A stretch of 64,000 bases of DNA from Anthoceros angustus (Eukaryota; Plantae; Anthocerotophyta). A model generated the notes under the pieces. It was not told where the DNA came from, ran no database searches, and worked only from the letters and a program-made list of their open reading frames with translations. Shown here one piece after another: positions 34,201-47,262 of this stretch. The stretch lies in the NCBI GenBank assembly GCA_010909165.1, contig MU008153.1, forward strand, positions 62,001 through 126,000, given 5' to 3'. Every line of letters starts with the position of its first letter. The stretch's first letter is position 1. The translations under genes were made by a program, and so were the position numbers.

Positions 34201-36802
34201 GGCTGCACATGCATCAAGATCGAGCGGTAAGATCATCATTATGGCACGGAACATCGGTAAAAGTGGTGCAGTGGTCCAGCGCCTTTGAAACCATGGAAGG
34301 CGTCATCATAAAAATGGAGGCAAATTTATCAGCCTCAAATAAGTGAATCCACCAAAGATGGTCCAAGGAAGGTTCGGTTGGAAGGACATGCAAAGTGGCG
34401 TTCAAGAAGCATTGTTTCATGAAAAATCACTGCGAGCAATGGTCAATTGACTGCAGTGTGGTCGAAAAGTTTGTAACCTTTGACATCTTGAGTAGCCCAC
34501 AAAAATGTGAGTGGCTTTGGGATCCAACTTGCAAAGAGTTGAAGGGACATGAGCATAAGCGGTGAACCAAATATTCGCAGATCGTCACTGTGGCTTGTTT
34601 CCAGTCCTGTTCATAAGGAGTAATTGGCCCCAGTTCCTTTGTGGGTAAGCGGTTTTGCACATAGTTGGCTTCCATCAAAGCTTAGATATACGAGTTAGTC
34701 CGGCAAAATCAAGGAAGCGAGTGGCCTCCGTAATGTTGTTCTTGGATCCTTTCAAGTGAGTTTTGAGCAGTGTATAAGGTACATGAAATTGATCTTGAAT
34801 CCTCATAAGCACAAAAATGATGCGAAGGCCTTGTTGGTATACCCTCCGTTGTATGCGCGAAGAATACAAACCTTTACTCTTGTCGGCGTTGGTCAGGACG
34901 TATTGCTGGAAACAGGACAAGGCTTCACTTTTGTGGCAAAGAAATATTGTACACTCTGGCTCCATTCGTCAACAAAGCGTTATGAAGTAATCGGCACCTC
35001 AAAGGAGCGTGTGGTCAAGGGGCCACATATGTCACTGTGGACCGTGTGAAGGAGGCCCTCCGCCTCGTGGAACTTGTCTTTATAAAAGGTAAAGAGTGAG
35101 CCTTCTGTGACAGCATTGGTGCCAATTTCTCTCCGATTTCCTCGCGGGTAAGACCGGTAGCACCTTTCTTGCCCTTCAAGCCGTCAATCCTCAATGCTTC
35201 AAAACCACCCTTCTTACTCCTCTCTAGCTTGCGCACCTCGTAGTCTCAAAACACCGCCTCGACTTGCATACCAGTGGCCGCCTCCGACATGCCCCCATCG
35301 GAGCTCATAGACGGCCACCAAGAATACGAAGTTGAACAGCTCCTCCGACATCGCACCGTTTGCGGCCGACCATAGATCCTAGTGCTCCGGAAGGGATTCC
35401 TGTTGTTCGAATCCACTTGGGAGCCTTTTGCTAACCTCATGCACTGCAGGGCCCTTCTCCGGCATTATCTACGGGCACAGGATCTCAAGTACCTTCGAGG
35501 TCAACGAAATGCCTCCTGCCGGTGGGTAATGTAAGCGGATCCCATTACAATATAGCAGGACAAGGCTTCACTTTTGTGGCAAAGAGGAAATATTGTACAC
35601 TACCGGCTCCATTCGTCAACAAAGCGTTATGAAGTAATCAGCACCTCAAAGGCGGTGGTCAAGGGGCCACATATGTCATGGACCGTGTGAAGGAGGCCCT
35701 CGCCTCGCTGGAACTTGTCTTTATAAAAGGTAAAAGTGAGCCTTCTGACACGATTGGTGCCAATTTCTCTCCGATTTCCAACTCATGGTAAGACCGGTCA
35801 CCTTTCTTGCCCTTCAAGCCGTCAATCCTCAATGCTTCAAAACCACTCCTTCTTACTCCTCTCTGGCTTGCGCACTCAGTCTCAAAACACCAGCCTTGCT
35901 CGCTTATACCAGTGGCCGCCTCCGACATGCCCCCCGCCGGAGCTCATAGACGGCCACGAAGAATACAGTTGAACAGCTCCTCCGACATCGCACCGCTTTG
36001 CCATAGATCCTAGTGCTGGAAGGATTCTGTTCGAATCCACTTGGGAGCCTCTTAACCTCATGCCTGCGAGGCCCTTCTCCGGCATTATCTACGGGCACGG
36101 GATCTCAAGTACCTTGAGGTCAACGAAATGCCTCCTGCCGGTGGGTAATGTAAGCGGATCCCATTACAATATAACGGGACACCATTAGCATGCACCACAC
36201 TGTAACAATGCTTCAGCTTTAAATCTGAGGTCGGAGAAAGGCCTCTTATTTCCATGTCAAAGCTCTATCATATAATTCGTGACATTGGCCCATAACATGC
36301 ATGCATTCATCCTCACCTCATCCTACCATGGTCCAAGGAACTTCCCACCAGACCCCAAAGACCAAGGACTTCCTACTTACCCGAGTAGCTATGACCAAAA
36401 TCCAAGGACACTCCTCCCTTGGGTCTCGACGTCCATAGCTTCCAATGCCCACTATATATGCTAAATACGTCGGCATGAAATATTCAATCCTACCTACTCT
36501 CCACAACCTAGTCTAAAATGGCTTCGTCCCCAACGCCTACCAGATGAAAATCTCAAGTGACAACCCGCCTCTGGACTTCCTACACGTCATCCCATGGACC
36601 TCCTACTAGGCGCGTTTGAGCGCTATCCTACTACCGGACCAGCTCGTCCTACCGTAAATCTAACCTATTTTCTACTTGGGTAAATCCTAAAAATCAGCAA
36701 GAATTCACAAAAGGAGTTTCTTAGCATAACCTTCTACAACTTTTACGTTTCTTTCTCCATTTTCTCAAAAATGAAGTTGCCCAAACTTTTCGTTCCATTG
36801 AT

Positions 36803-37889
36803 ATGGAGATGCGACTTGTGACGCGTGGGTGTCCGAGCTCAAATGAGCGGACCATACGATATAAAGACACACCAAGTGGGTTAGTATGGGTCCATGGCGA
36901 GGACACACTTGAAGAGCATCCGTCGGTGATACCCAAGCTAGTGACGTGGTGGCAACCACCAACCTTCACGCAAAATTCGACTTGCATCATTTGGCTGCAC
37001 CTTCCTAACGTGGAGTATCGTCGAGCAAAGCGGTCGAGCTATATGTGGCGAGGTCCAAATTTATGGTCCTCGGGGCCTTGCCTAACATTATACATATTCA
37101 ACAGTAGGAATTGTGAACGTGCTAGGAGCGGCGTCAGCGTCGGCAACAACATCGTGTTTGCAAGAAGTCGGTCGCGATGGTTAACACGTTGGGGTACAAT
37201 GCACATTTTGATCCTAACGACTTGTGGTTTGCAACCTTGTCTTTGGATCTTTGAACTACTTAAAGATGAAATGCTTGCAAGCGCAATCGATTTGGCTCGC
37301 ACCTTCCTAACGTGGAGTATCGTCGAGCAAAGCGGTCGAGCTATGGCAACGGGGGGTCCAAATTTGCGGTCCCTGGCCTTGCCTAACATTATACATATTC
37401 AACAGAGGAATTGTGAACGTGCTAGGAGCGTCACACAAGAACAACATCGTGTTTGCAAGAAGCTGGTCGCGATGGTTAACACGTTGGGGTACAATGCACA
37501 TTTTGATCCTAACGACTTGTGGTTTGCAACCTTGTCTTTGGATCTTTGAACTACTTAAAGATGAAATGCTTGCAAGCGCAATCGATTTGGCGCTTCACGC
37601 AACCCTAACTCGAAAATATGAGGGGCCTCAAGTTGAAGCAATTGTGACCCGTCGGAATTGAGAGGGTTCACCTGTCTTGTAATGAAGTTTGAAGACAACA
37701 ACTTGGGCATGAGTATCTTCCGCTTAGACGCCTCCACATCTGGAGGAAGCACTATTGCCGTCATACAAAGCTTTTGAACATGTATCCCATTGTAGTGGCA
37801 CATAAGAGAACAATGCCCGAGCCTAAGAGCAGTCGAGCAATTCGGTCGATCCGATAGTAGTTCGATACACTAGGAAACTACTTCCATGA
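36803..37889 (+). CDS. TBP-like gene, copy 2 (internal ~290-bp duplication)
   Basis: Same sequence as copy 1; jump back at ~37293. Confidence 0.75.
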
Positions 37890-39091
37890 GCGAATTAAAT
37901 CAAATGTGATAGAGTATAGTTTGGGTTTGGTCAATTTTATTAGTTCGAGAATTCAAAAATGTGAAAACATTAAAAAAAATCGATGAAGATAAAATCGATG
38001 TTCTCACTTGCATTCATTGGAGGGGAGTTGGGGAAAGCAACATGCTCTCAACTTCCGGAACTCGCGCTCAGTCGCCTTTTCCTCCTCTCACATTCACGGC
38101 CGCCAACAGTTAAGGTAGTCTCCAAAATGCCCAAAACCCGGACTAACTGTGGTTTTGCAGTACATCAAAACACCAGCTTGCTCGCTTATACCACGGCCGC
38201 CTCCGACATGCCCCATCGGAGCTCATAGACGGCCACGAAGAATACGGTTGAACACTCCTCCGACATCGCACCGCTTTGCCGACCATAGATCCTAGTGCTC
38301 CGGAAGGGATTCTGTTGTTGAATCCACTTGGGAGCCTCTTGCTAACCTCATAACCGCAGGCCCTTCTCCGGCATTATCTACGCACAGGGATCTCAAGTAC
38401 CTTGAGGTCAACGAAATGCCTCCTGCGTGGGTAATGTAACGGATCCCATTACAATATAACGGGACACCATTAGCATGCACCACACTCGTAACAATGCTTC
38501 AGCTTTAAATCTGAAGGCGTAGCCGAGAAAGGCCTCTGATTTCCATGTCAAAGCTCTATCATATAATTCGTGACATTGGCCCATAACATGCATGCATTCA
38601 TCCTCACCTCATCCTACCATGGTCCAAGGAACTTCCCACCAGCACCCCAAAAACCAAGGACTTCCTACTTACCTGAGTAGCTATGACCAAAATCCAAGGA
38701 CACTCCTCCCTTGGGTCTCGACGTCCATAGCTTCCAATGCCCACTATATATGCTAAATACGTCGGCATGAAATATTCAATCCTACCTACTCTCCACAACC
38801 TAGTCTAAAATGGCTTCGTCCCGCCTACCAGATGAAAATCTCAAGTGACAACCCGCCTCACGGACTTCCTACACGTCATCCCATGGACCTCCTACTAGGC
38901 GCGTTTCGAGACGCTATCCTACTACCGGACCAGCTCGTCCTACCGTAAATCTAACCTATTTTCTACTTGGGTAAATCCTAAAAATCAGCAAGAATTCACA
39001 AAAGGAGTTTCTTAGCATAACCTTCTACAACTTTTACGCTTTCTCCATTTTCTCAAAAATGAAGTTGCCCAAACTTTTGCGTTCCATTGAT

Positions 39092-39858
39092 ATGGAGATG
39101 CGACTTGCTGACGTGGGTGTCCGAGCTCAAATGAGCCATACAAGATAAAGACACACCAAGTGGGTTAGTATGGGTCCATGACGAGGACACACTTCAAGAG
39201 AGCATCCGTCGGGGTGATACCCAAGCTAGTGACGTGGTGGCAACCACCAACCTTCACGCAAAATTCGACTTGCATCATTTGGCTCGCACCTTCCTAACGT
39301 GGAGTATCGTCGAGCAAACGGGTCGAGCTATGGCAACGAGGGTCCAAATTTATGGTCCTCGGGGCCTTGCCTAACATTATACATATTCAACGTAGGAATT
39401 GTGAACGTGCTAGGAGTCACAAGAACAACATCGTGTTTGCAAGAAGCTGGTCGCGATGGTTAACACGCTAGTACAATGCACATTTTGATCCTAACGACTT
39501 GTGGTTTGCAACCTTGTGCGGATCTTGAACTACTTAAAGATGAAATGCTTGCAAGCGCAATCGATTTCTGCAACCCTAACTCGAAAATATGAGGGGCCTC
39601 AAGTTGAAAGCAGCTGCACCCGTCGGAATTGAGAGGGTTCATACGGTAATGAAGTTTGAAGACAACAACTTGGGCATGAGTATCTTCCGTTCGACGCCCA
39701 CATCTCGGAGGAAGCACTATTGCACCGCCATACAAAGCTTTTGAACATGTATCCCATTGTAGTGGCAATATAAGAGAACAATGCCCGAGCCTAAGACGCT
39801 GCGAGCAATTCGAGGTCGATCGATAGTAGTTCGATACACTAGGAAACTACTTCCATGA
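39092..39858 (+). CDS. TBP-like gene, copy 3
   Basis: Same sequence as copy 1, different indels. Confidence 0.75.
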
Positions 39859-42800
39859 GCGAATTAAATCAAATGTGATAGAGTATAGTTTGGGTTTGGT
39901 CAATTTTATTAGTTCGAGAATTCAAAAATGTGAAAACATTAAAAAAAATCGATGAAGATAAAATCGATGTTCTCACTTGCATTCATTGGAGGGGAGTTGG
40001 GGAAAGCAACATGCTCTCAACTTCCGGAACTCGCGCTCAGTCGCCTTTTCCTCCTCTCACATTCACGGCCAACAGTTAAGGTAGTCTCCAAAATGCCCAA
40101 AACCCGGACTAACTGTGGTTTTGCAAGTACATGCAAAACACAGTGCGGTAGTCGGTGATGACAAACCGTGGACTTGCTGCGGAAGGAGCTTTGCTTTCAT
40201 GGAGAAGGCATGGTTTATGTCAAAGGCTTGCTAGGAGTCGATATGCATGACATCCTCTTCTGACCAAAAGTGCCCATCATTGTATTTCTCCCATCATTGT
40301 TACAGAGAGCCTCCTTAGAGGGATGGTGTGAACTACATAAAATCATTATTTGCCGTCCATCATGCGGGCAGCCGAAGAGCTATTGGTAGCCATGACGCCA
40401 GACCTCTTTCTCGAAGCTAATGCCTATGATTTATGAGTTGCTCGATATGACCTTGTCACCGACCCTTCAAACTCATATGGAATGTTGGACCTGGTTGTTT
40501 TAGTGACAAGACAAACCGAGATGGGGGCAGTTTGTTGGACTGGTTGTTTTAGTGACAAGACAAACCGAGATGGGGGCAAAATACATTGGTGACTTTAAGA
40601 TGGAGGTGAGCAATTCGTGACTCAATATGTCTTGAAATCGTGGATGGCGGAGACATTTGAATCATTTGTTGCCATGATCCTTGGTAGTTAGTGTGAGAAT
40701 CTTGTAAGGCTTGAGCGCCTGCCGTTCGGGACTTCACGGACTCAACATGGACTTCAAATGTTATGAAGGGGCTAAGCGTTGCCCAATTGGCTATGCTTTG
40801 ATCTATGGCACCTTGATTGGTAAGCCATGTGGTGGGGCTTATCATGTGATTGGTGGCCGTGTCGACTTTAATGAAACTCATATGGTAGCTTTCATTAGGC
40901 TACAAGCCTTGTTCTCGGTGGAATCAAGCGGGGAAGCACACAAGGGCGGAAGATACATTCATTCAATTACTCAAGAAAGAGAACAATGGAGTTATATACG
41001 TGTGAGATAACTAACTAAAATTGTTTTGATAACTATCCGAACTACGAGCGGATATAAGCGTAAGTAGATCCCCACTACTAGACCAATAATTTTTACACTC
41101 CCTCTTAGTGAGTCATAGGGATCAAAATCGTACATGGTGATTTGATCCATAATTGCACGATAACTTCACACTCCAAACGAGCGCTTGAAAACACATGCAT
41201 AAGAAACACCAAAGGGAATCTTTCGGACACGCCTAGTCATGGGCGATACTCCTCCATCAACTACGCTCCACTACCTACCTTACTACTTGAGATGGCAACA
41301 TTTGATGTCGTGGAACTTGCCTTGGTTGTTTGTTGTGTTGGCTGCGATCTTCACATCCGATTCGTGCTTAGGTTTGCAAGACAAGATCCCACTTGATGAG
41401 TAGATGGATGGACAGCTAGGCTAGTGAGCAACTCCTTAGAGTCTGTGACTGAAGATATCAATGGCCCCTACAAATTATTGCTTTCATGGAGAAGGCATGG
41501 TTTATGTCAAAGGCTTGCTAGGGAGGTCTCGATATGCATGACATCCTCTTACAGCACCAAAAGTGCCCATCATTGTATTTCTCCCCCGACAGCATCACTT
41601 GGAGAGCCTCCTTAGAGGGATGGTGTGAACTACATAAAATCATTATTTGCCGTCCATACCGGCCCGACATCGAAGAGCTATTGGTAGCCATGACGCTGTG
41701 ACCTCTTTCGCTAATGCCTATGATTTATGAGTTGCCTCGATATGACCTTGTCACCGCCGCCCTTCAAACTCATATGGAATGTTGGACCTGGTTGTTGCAA
41801 CCGACAAGACAAACTGAGATGGGGGCAAAACGTTGGTGACTTTAAGATGGAGGTGAGCAATTCGACTCAATATGTCTTGAAATCGTGGCCGGAGACATTT
41901 GAATGGTGTTGCCATGATCCTTAGTAGTTAGTGTGAGAATCTTGTAAGGCTTGAGCGCACACCGCTCGTGACTTCACAGACTCAACATGGACTTCAAATG
42001 TTATGAAGGGGCTAAGCGTTGCCCAATTGGCTATGCTTTGATCTATGGCACCTTGATTGGTAAGCCATGTGGTGGGGCTTATCATGTGATTGGTAAGTGG
42101 GTACTTTAATGAAACTCATATGGTAGCTTTCATTAGGCTACAAGCCTTGTTGCCGGTGGAATCAAGCGGGGAAGCACACAAGGGCGGAAGATACATTCAT
42201 TCAATTACTCAAGAAAGAGAACAATGGAGTTTATGTACAGCAAGTGAGATAACTAACTAAAATTGTTTTGATAACTATCCGAACTACGAGCGGATATAAT
42301 CGGTAAGTAGATCCGACTACTAGACCAATAATTTTTACCCTCTTAGTGAGTCATAGGGATCAAAATCGCATGGTGATTTGATCCATAATTGCACGATAAC
42401 TTCACACTCCAAACGAGCGCTTGAAAACACATGCATAAGAAACACCAAAGGGAATCTTTCGGACACGCCTAGTCATGGGCGACTCCCTCCATCAACTACG
42501 CTCCACTACCTCTACAAAACTTGAGATGGCAACATTTGATGTCGTGGAACTTGCCTTGGTTGTTTGTTGTGTTGGTCAGTAATCTTCACATCGATCGTGT
42601 GCTTAGGTTTGCAAGACAAGATCCCACTTGATGAGTAGATGGATGGATGGCTAGGCTAGTGAGCAACTCCTTAGAGTCTGCTAGAATATCAATGGCCCCT
42701 ACAAGAGTGTGCTTTCATGTAGTACCCTAGGGAGCTTTATATTGGGCGGGCTATAGGTGGTGCAAATCTTTCAAGAAACTACGAACCCAAAACTCCTTAG

Positions 42801-45800
42801 GTGCACAGTCATTGCCCCATATGCGGCTTAGATTGAAGATAGGCGGTGGTGCTCGACTTCTTTGATGACCACGAAACAGAGTCATCCCAAGAAACATACA
42901 ATAGGAAGCGGTGGTGCTCGACTTCTTTGATGACCAAGCTTGAGTCATCCCAAGAAACATACAATAGGCGACCACTCTTCCTTGTCCACAAGGTCTCAGC
43001 CAGATTGACGCAAGATGGTGTGAGTTGGAGATCACCAAGAGTCTTACCGAAGCGGAGTCCTTTCCTTGGAGAGCCCTTCAAGTATCTAAAGATTAACTTC
43101 TCTGGCCAATGGGCAAGCCTTGGGTTTTCTAGAAATTGGCTAAAAGTACCAACCTCAGGTGATATCTAATCTAGTCCAGCTTTGACAAGTAAATGAGGGA
43201 CCCATGTCTATATGGTTTAGAAGCCATTTCCAGCTTTTCGACTTAGTACTAAGACACGCTCAAGGGGTAGCTTGTCATCTATACTCATTGGCATTGATAC
43301 AGACGGCGTCTACCACATTAAACCCATAAAAAGGCTGGTGCAAAGTGTGCACGATGAATGTCAATGGTCTTATCTTTGCTATTAAAATGGAACTAGCCAC
43401 GAGGAAAAGGTAAGTTGCCCTAGGTCATTCATCTCAAATCAAACTTGGTAAGTAAGATCTTCTTAATCATCCGCCGGTGTTCTTGAGGTACTAAAGGATA
43501 TTGTCATCCACATAAACAGCGATTAGAAAGTCTACTCCTTCACTTAGCAAGTACACACACTGTCAGCGTCCATACAAATGAAGCCTACCTACATAAGGAG
43601 TTGATGGAATACCTCATTAGTGCTCTCAAGGATCGCCTGTGCCATAACGTGTTTTAAGCAACTTACACACTTTGTCCTCATCAACAATGAAGCCCTCGTT
43701 GACACATAAAAATCTCCTCTAGCGGGCCATTCGAGAAAGTGGTCTTCACATCCGATTGATGCACTAGTAGGTTGTAGTGGGCGATTAGTGCAAGGAGGAT
43801 TCGGAGAGAATTGGATTTGACAACAGTGAAAAGGTTTCGTTATAGTCTAGACCACGGACTTGGTTGTAGCCCTTGGTAACAAAAGCCTTTGTCGCCACCG
43901 TGCGTCGATGTTAGCTTCTTCTTGAAGACCCTCTTGCATGCTATTGGCTTCCTTCTAGGAGGTAAGGTGACAAGTTTCTAGTCGTTATTCGAATGAGGGA
44001 ATTGTATTCGAATCTATTGCTACTTTCCAAAAGGAAGATTCAGTCCCTCTATGGCTTCCTTGTAGGTAGCGGGTTCTCCTAAGGACATGCAACACTCAAA
44101 GCTCGTCTTGGGATAAGCGAGTAGTCAGTACCTGAAGTCACCTTGCCACTTCCATTGATGGATAGGTCTACATGCCCTCTCGGCAACGCAACTCGAGTGG
44201 ATGAGGTTGAAGAGGGGATCGTCTTCTATGGGTCCAATGACCATTGGTTTTGGCTTTGGCTTTGGCTTTGGCTTTGGCTTTGGCTTTGGCTTTGGGTGGT
44301 GCACATGTGCATCAAGATCGAGCAGAAGATCATCATTATGGCTGGAACATCGCAGTAAAAGCAGCAGTGGTCCAGGCGCCTTTGAAACCATGGAAGGCGA
44401 GTCATCACATAAAAATGGAGGCAAATTTATTAGCCTCAAATAAGTGAATCCACACCAAAGATGGTCCAAGGGGAAGGTTCGGTTGGAAGGACACAAAGTA
44501 AAAGTTCAAGAAGCATTGTTTCATGAAAAATCACGAGCAATGGTCAATTGGCAGTGGCAGTCGAAAAGTTTGTAACCTTTGACATCTTGAGTAGCCCACA
44601 AAAATGTGACGAGTGGCTTTGGGATCCAACTTCTGCAAAGAGTTGAAGGACATGAGCATAAGCGTGAACCAAATATTCCGATCGTCACTCGTGGCTTGTT
44701 TCGATCCTCTGCTCATAAGGAGTAATTGGCCCCAGTTCCTTTGTGGGTAAACGCTTTTGCACATAGTTGGCTTCCATCAAAGCTTCACCCGAGCTACGAG
44801 TTAGTCCAAAGAAAATCAAGGAAGCGAGAGTGGCCTCCGTAATGTTACATTCTTCGGATCCTTTCAAGAAGTGAGTTTTGAGCGGTGTATAAGGTACAAG
44901 AATTGATGTCAATCCTCATAAGCACAAAATGATGCGAAGGCCTTGTTGGTATCATCGTCCTCCGTTATGTATGCGAAGAATACAAACCTTTACTCTTGTC
45001 CGACGTTGTGGTAGTATTGCTGGAAGCAGGACAAGGCTTCACTTTTGTGGCAAAGAGGAAATATTGTACACTCTGGCTCCATTCGTCAACAAAGCGTTAT
45101 GAAGTAATCAAGCACCTCAAAGGAGGCGTGGTCAAGGGGCCACATATGTCACGTGGACCGTGTGAAGGAGGCCCTACGTCGGGAACTTGTCTTTATAAAA
45201 GGTAAAGAGTGAGCCTTGCGACAGCGATTGGTGCCAATTTCTCTCCGATTTCCAACTCGCGGGTAAGACCAGCTTGCACCTTTCTTGCCCTTCAAGCCGT
45301 CAATCCTCAATGCTTCAAAACCACTCCTTCTTACTCCTCTCTAGCTTGCGCGAGTCTCAAAACACCAGCTTGCTCCGCTTATACCACGGTCGCCCTCGAC
45401 ATGCCCCCATCGGAGCTCATAGGCCAACGAAGAATACGAGTTGAGCAGCTCCTCAGGCATCGCACTGCTTTGCGGCCGACCATAGATCCTAGTGCTCCGG
45501 AAGGGATTCACATTGTTCGAATCCACTTGGGAGCCTCTTGCTAACCTCATGCACTGCAGGGCCCTTCTCCGGCATTATCTACGGCACGGGATCTCAAGTA
45601 CCTTGAGGTCAACGAAATGCCTCACTGCCAGGTGGGTAATGTAACGGATCCCATTACAATATAACGACACCATTAGCATGCACCACACTCGTGTAACAAT
45701 GCTTGATTTAAATACTGAAGAGTCGGGAGAAAGGCCTCTTATTTCCATGTCAAAGCTCTATCATATAATTCGTGACATTGGCCCATAACATGCATGCATT

Positions 45801-46295
45801 CATCCTCACCTCATCCTACCATGGTCCAAGGAACTTCCCACCAGCACCCCAAAGACCAAGGACTTCCTACTTACGAGTAGCTATGACCAAAATCCAGGAC
45901 ACTCCTCCCTTGGGTCTCGGCGTCCATAGCTTCCAATGCCCACTATATATGCTAAATACGTCGGCATGAAATATTCAATCCTACCTACTCTCCTACAACC
46001 TAGTCTAAAATGGCTTCCTCAACCGCCTACCGGGTGAAAAATCTCGAAGTGACAACCCGCCTCGGACTTCCTACGTCATCCTACGGACCTCCTACTAGGC
46101 GCGTTTGACGCTATCCTACTACCGGACCAGCTACGTCCTACCGGTAAATCTAACCTATTTTCTACTTGGGTAAATCCTAAAATCAGCAAGAATTCACAAA
46201 AGGAGTTTCTTAGCATAACCTTCTACAACTTTTACGTTTCTTTCTCCATTTTCTCAAAAATGAAGTTGCCCAAACTTTTGCGTTCCACGATTGAT

Positions 46296-47262
46296 ATGGA
46301 GATGCGACTTGCGACGTGGGTGTCCAGAGCTCAAATGAGCCGGACCATACGATATAAAGACACACCAAGTGGGTTAGTATGGGTCCATATGAGACACACT
46401 TGAAGAGAGCATCCGTCGGGGTGATACCCAAGCTAGTGAACGTGGTGGCAACCACCAACCTTCACGCAAAATTCGACTTGCATCATTTGGCTCTGCACCT
46501 TCCTAACGTGGAGTATCGTCGAGCAAAGCAGTCGAGCTATGGCAGCGAGGGTCCAAATTTATGGGTCCTCGGGGCCTTGCCTAACATTATACATATTCGG
46601 TATTAATTGTGAGCGTGGTGGCAACCACCAACCTTCACGAAAAATTCGACTTGCATCATTTGGCTCGCACCTTCCTAACGTGGAGTATCGTCGAGCAAAA
46701 GCAGTCGAGCTATGGCAGCGAGGGTCCAAATTTATGGGTCCTCGGGCCTTGCCTAACATTATACATATTCAGTAGGAATTGTGAACGTGCTAGGGCTTGG
46801 CGTCGGCAACAACATCGTGTTTGCAAGAAGGCTGGTGGCGATGGTTAACGCGTTGGGGTACAATGCACATTTTGATCCTAACGACGGGGTTTGCAACCTT
46901 GTCTTTGGATCTTTGAACTACTTAAAGATGAAATGCTTGCAAGCGCAATCGATTTGGCGCTTCATAACCCTAGCGAAAATATGAGGGGCCTCAAGTTGAA
47001 GCAGTTGCACCTCGACCCGTCGAATTGAGAGGGTTCACTGTCTTTGGTAATGAAGTTTGAAGACAACAACTTGGGCATGAGTATCTTCCGTTCGAGACGC
47101 CTCCACATCTGGAGGAAGCACTATTGCACCGTCATACAAAGCTTTTGAGCAGTTGTATCCCATTGTAGTGGCACATAAGAGAACAATGCCCGAGCCTAAG
47201 ACGGTGCGAGCAATTGAGGTCGATCGATAGTAGTTCGATACACTAGGAAACTACTTCCATGA
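46296..47262 (+). CDS. TBP-like gene, copy 4 (internal ~175-bp duplication)
   Basis: VIPKLVNVVATTNLHAKFDLHHLALHLPNVEYR; VCNLVFGS. Confidence 0.75.
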
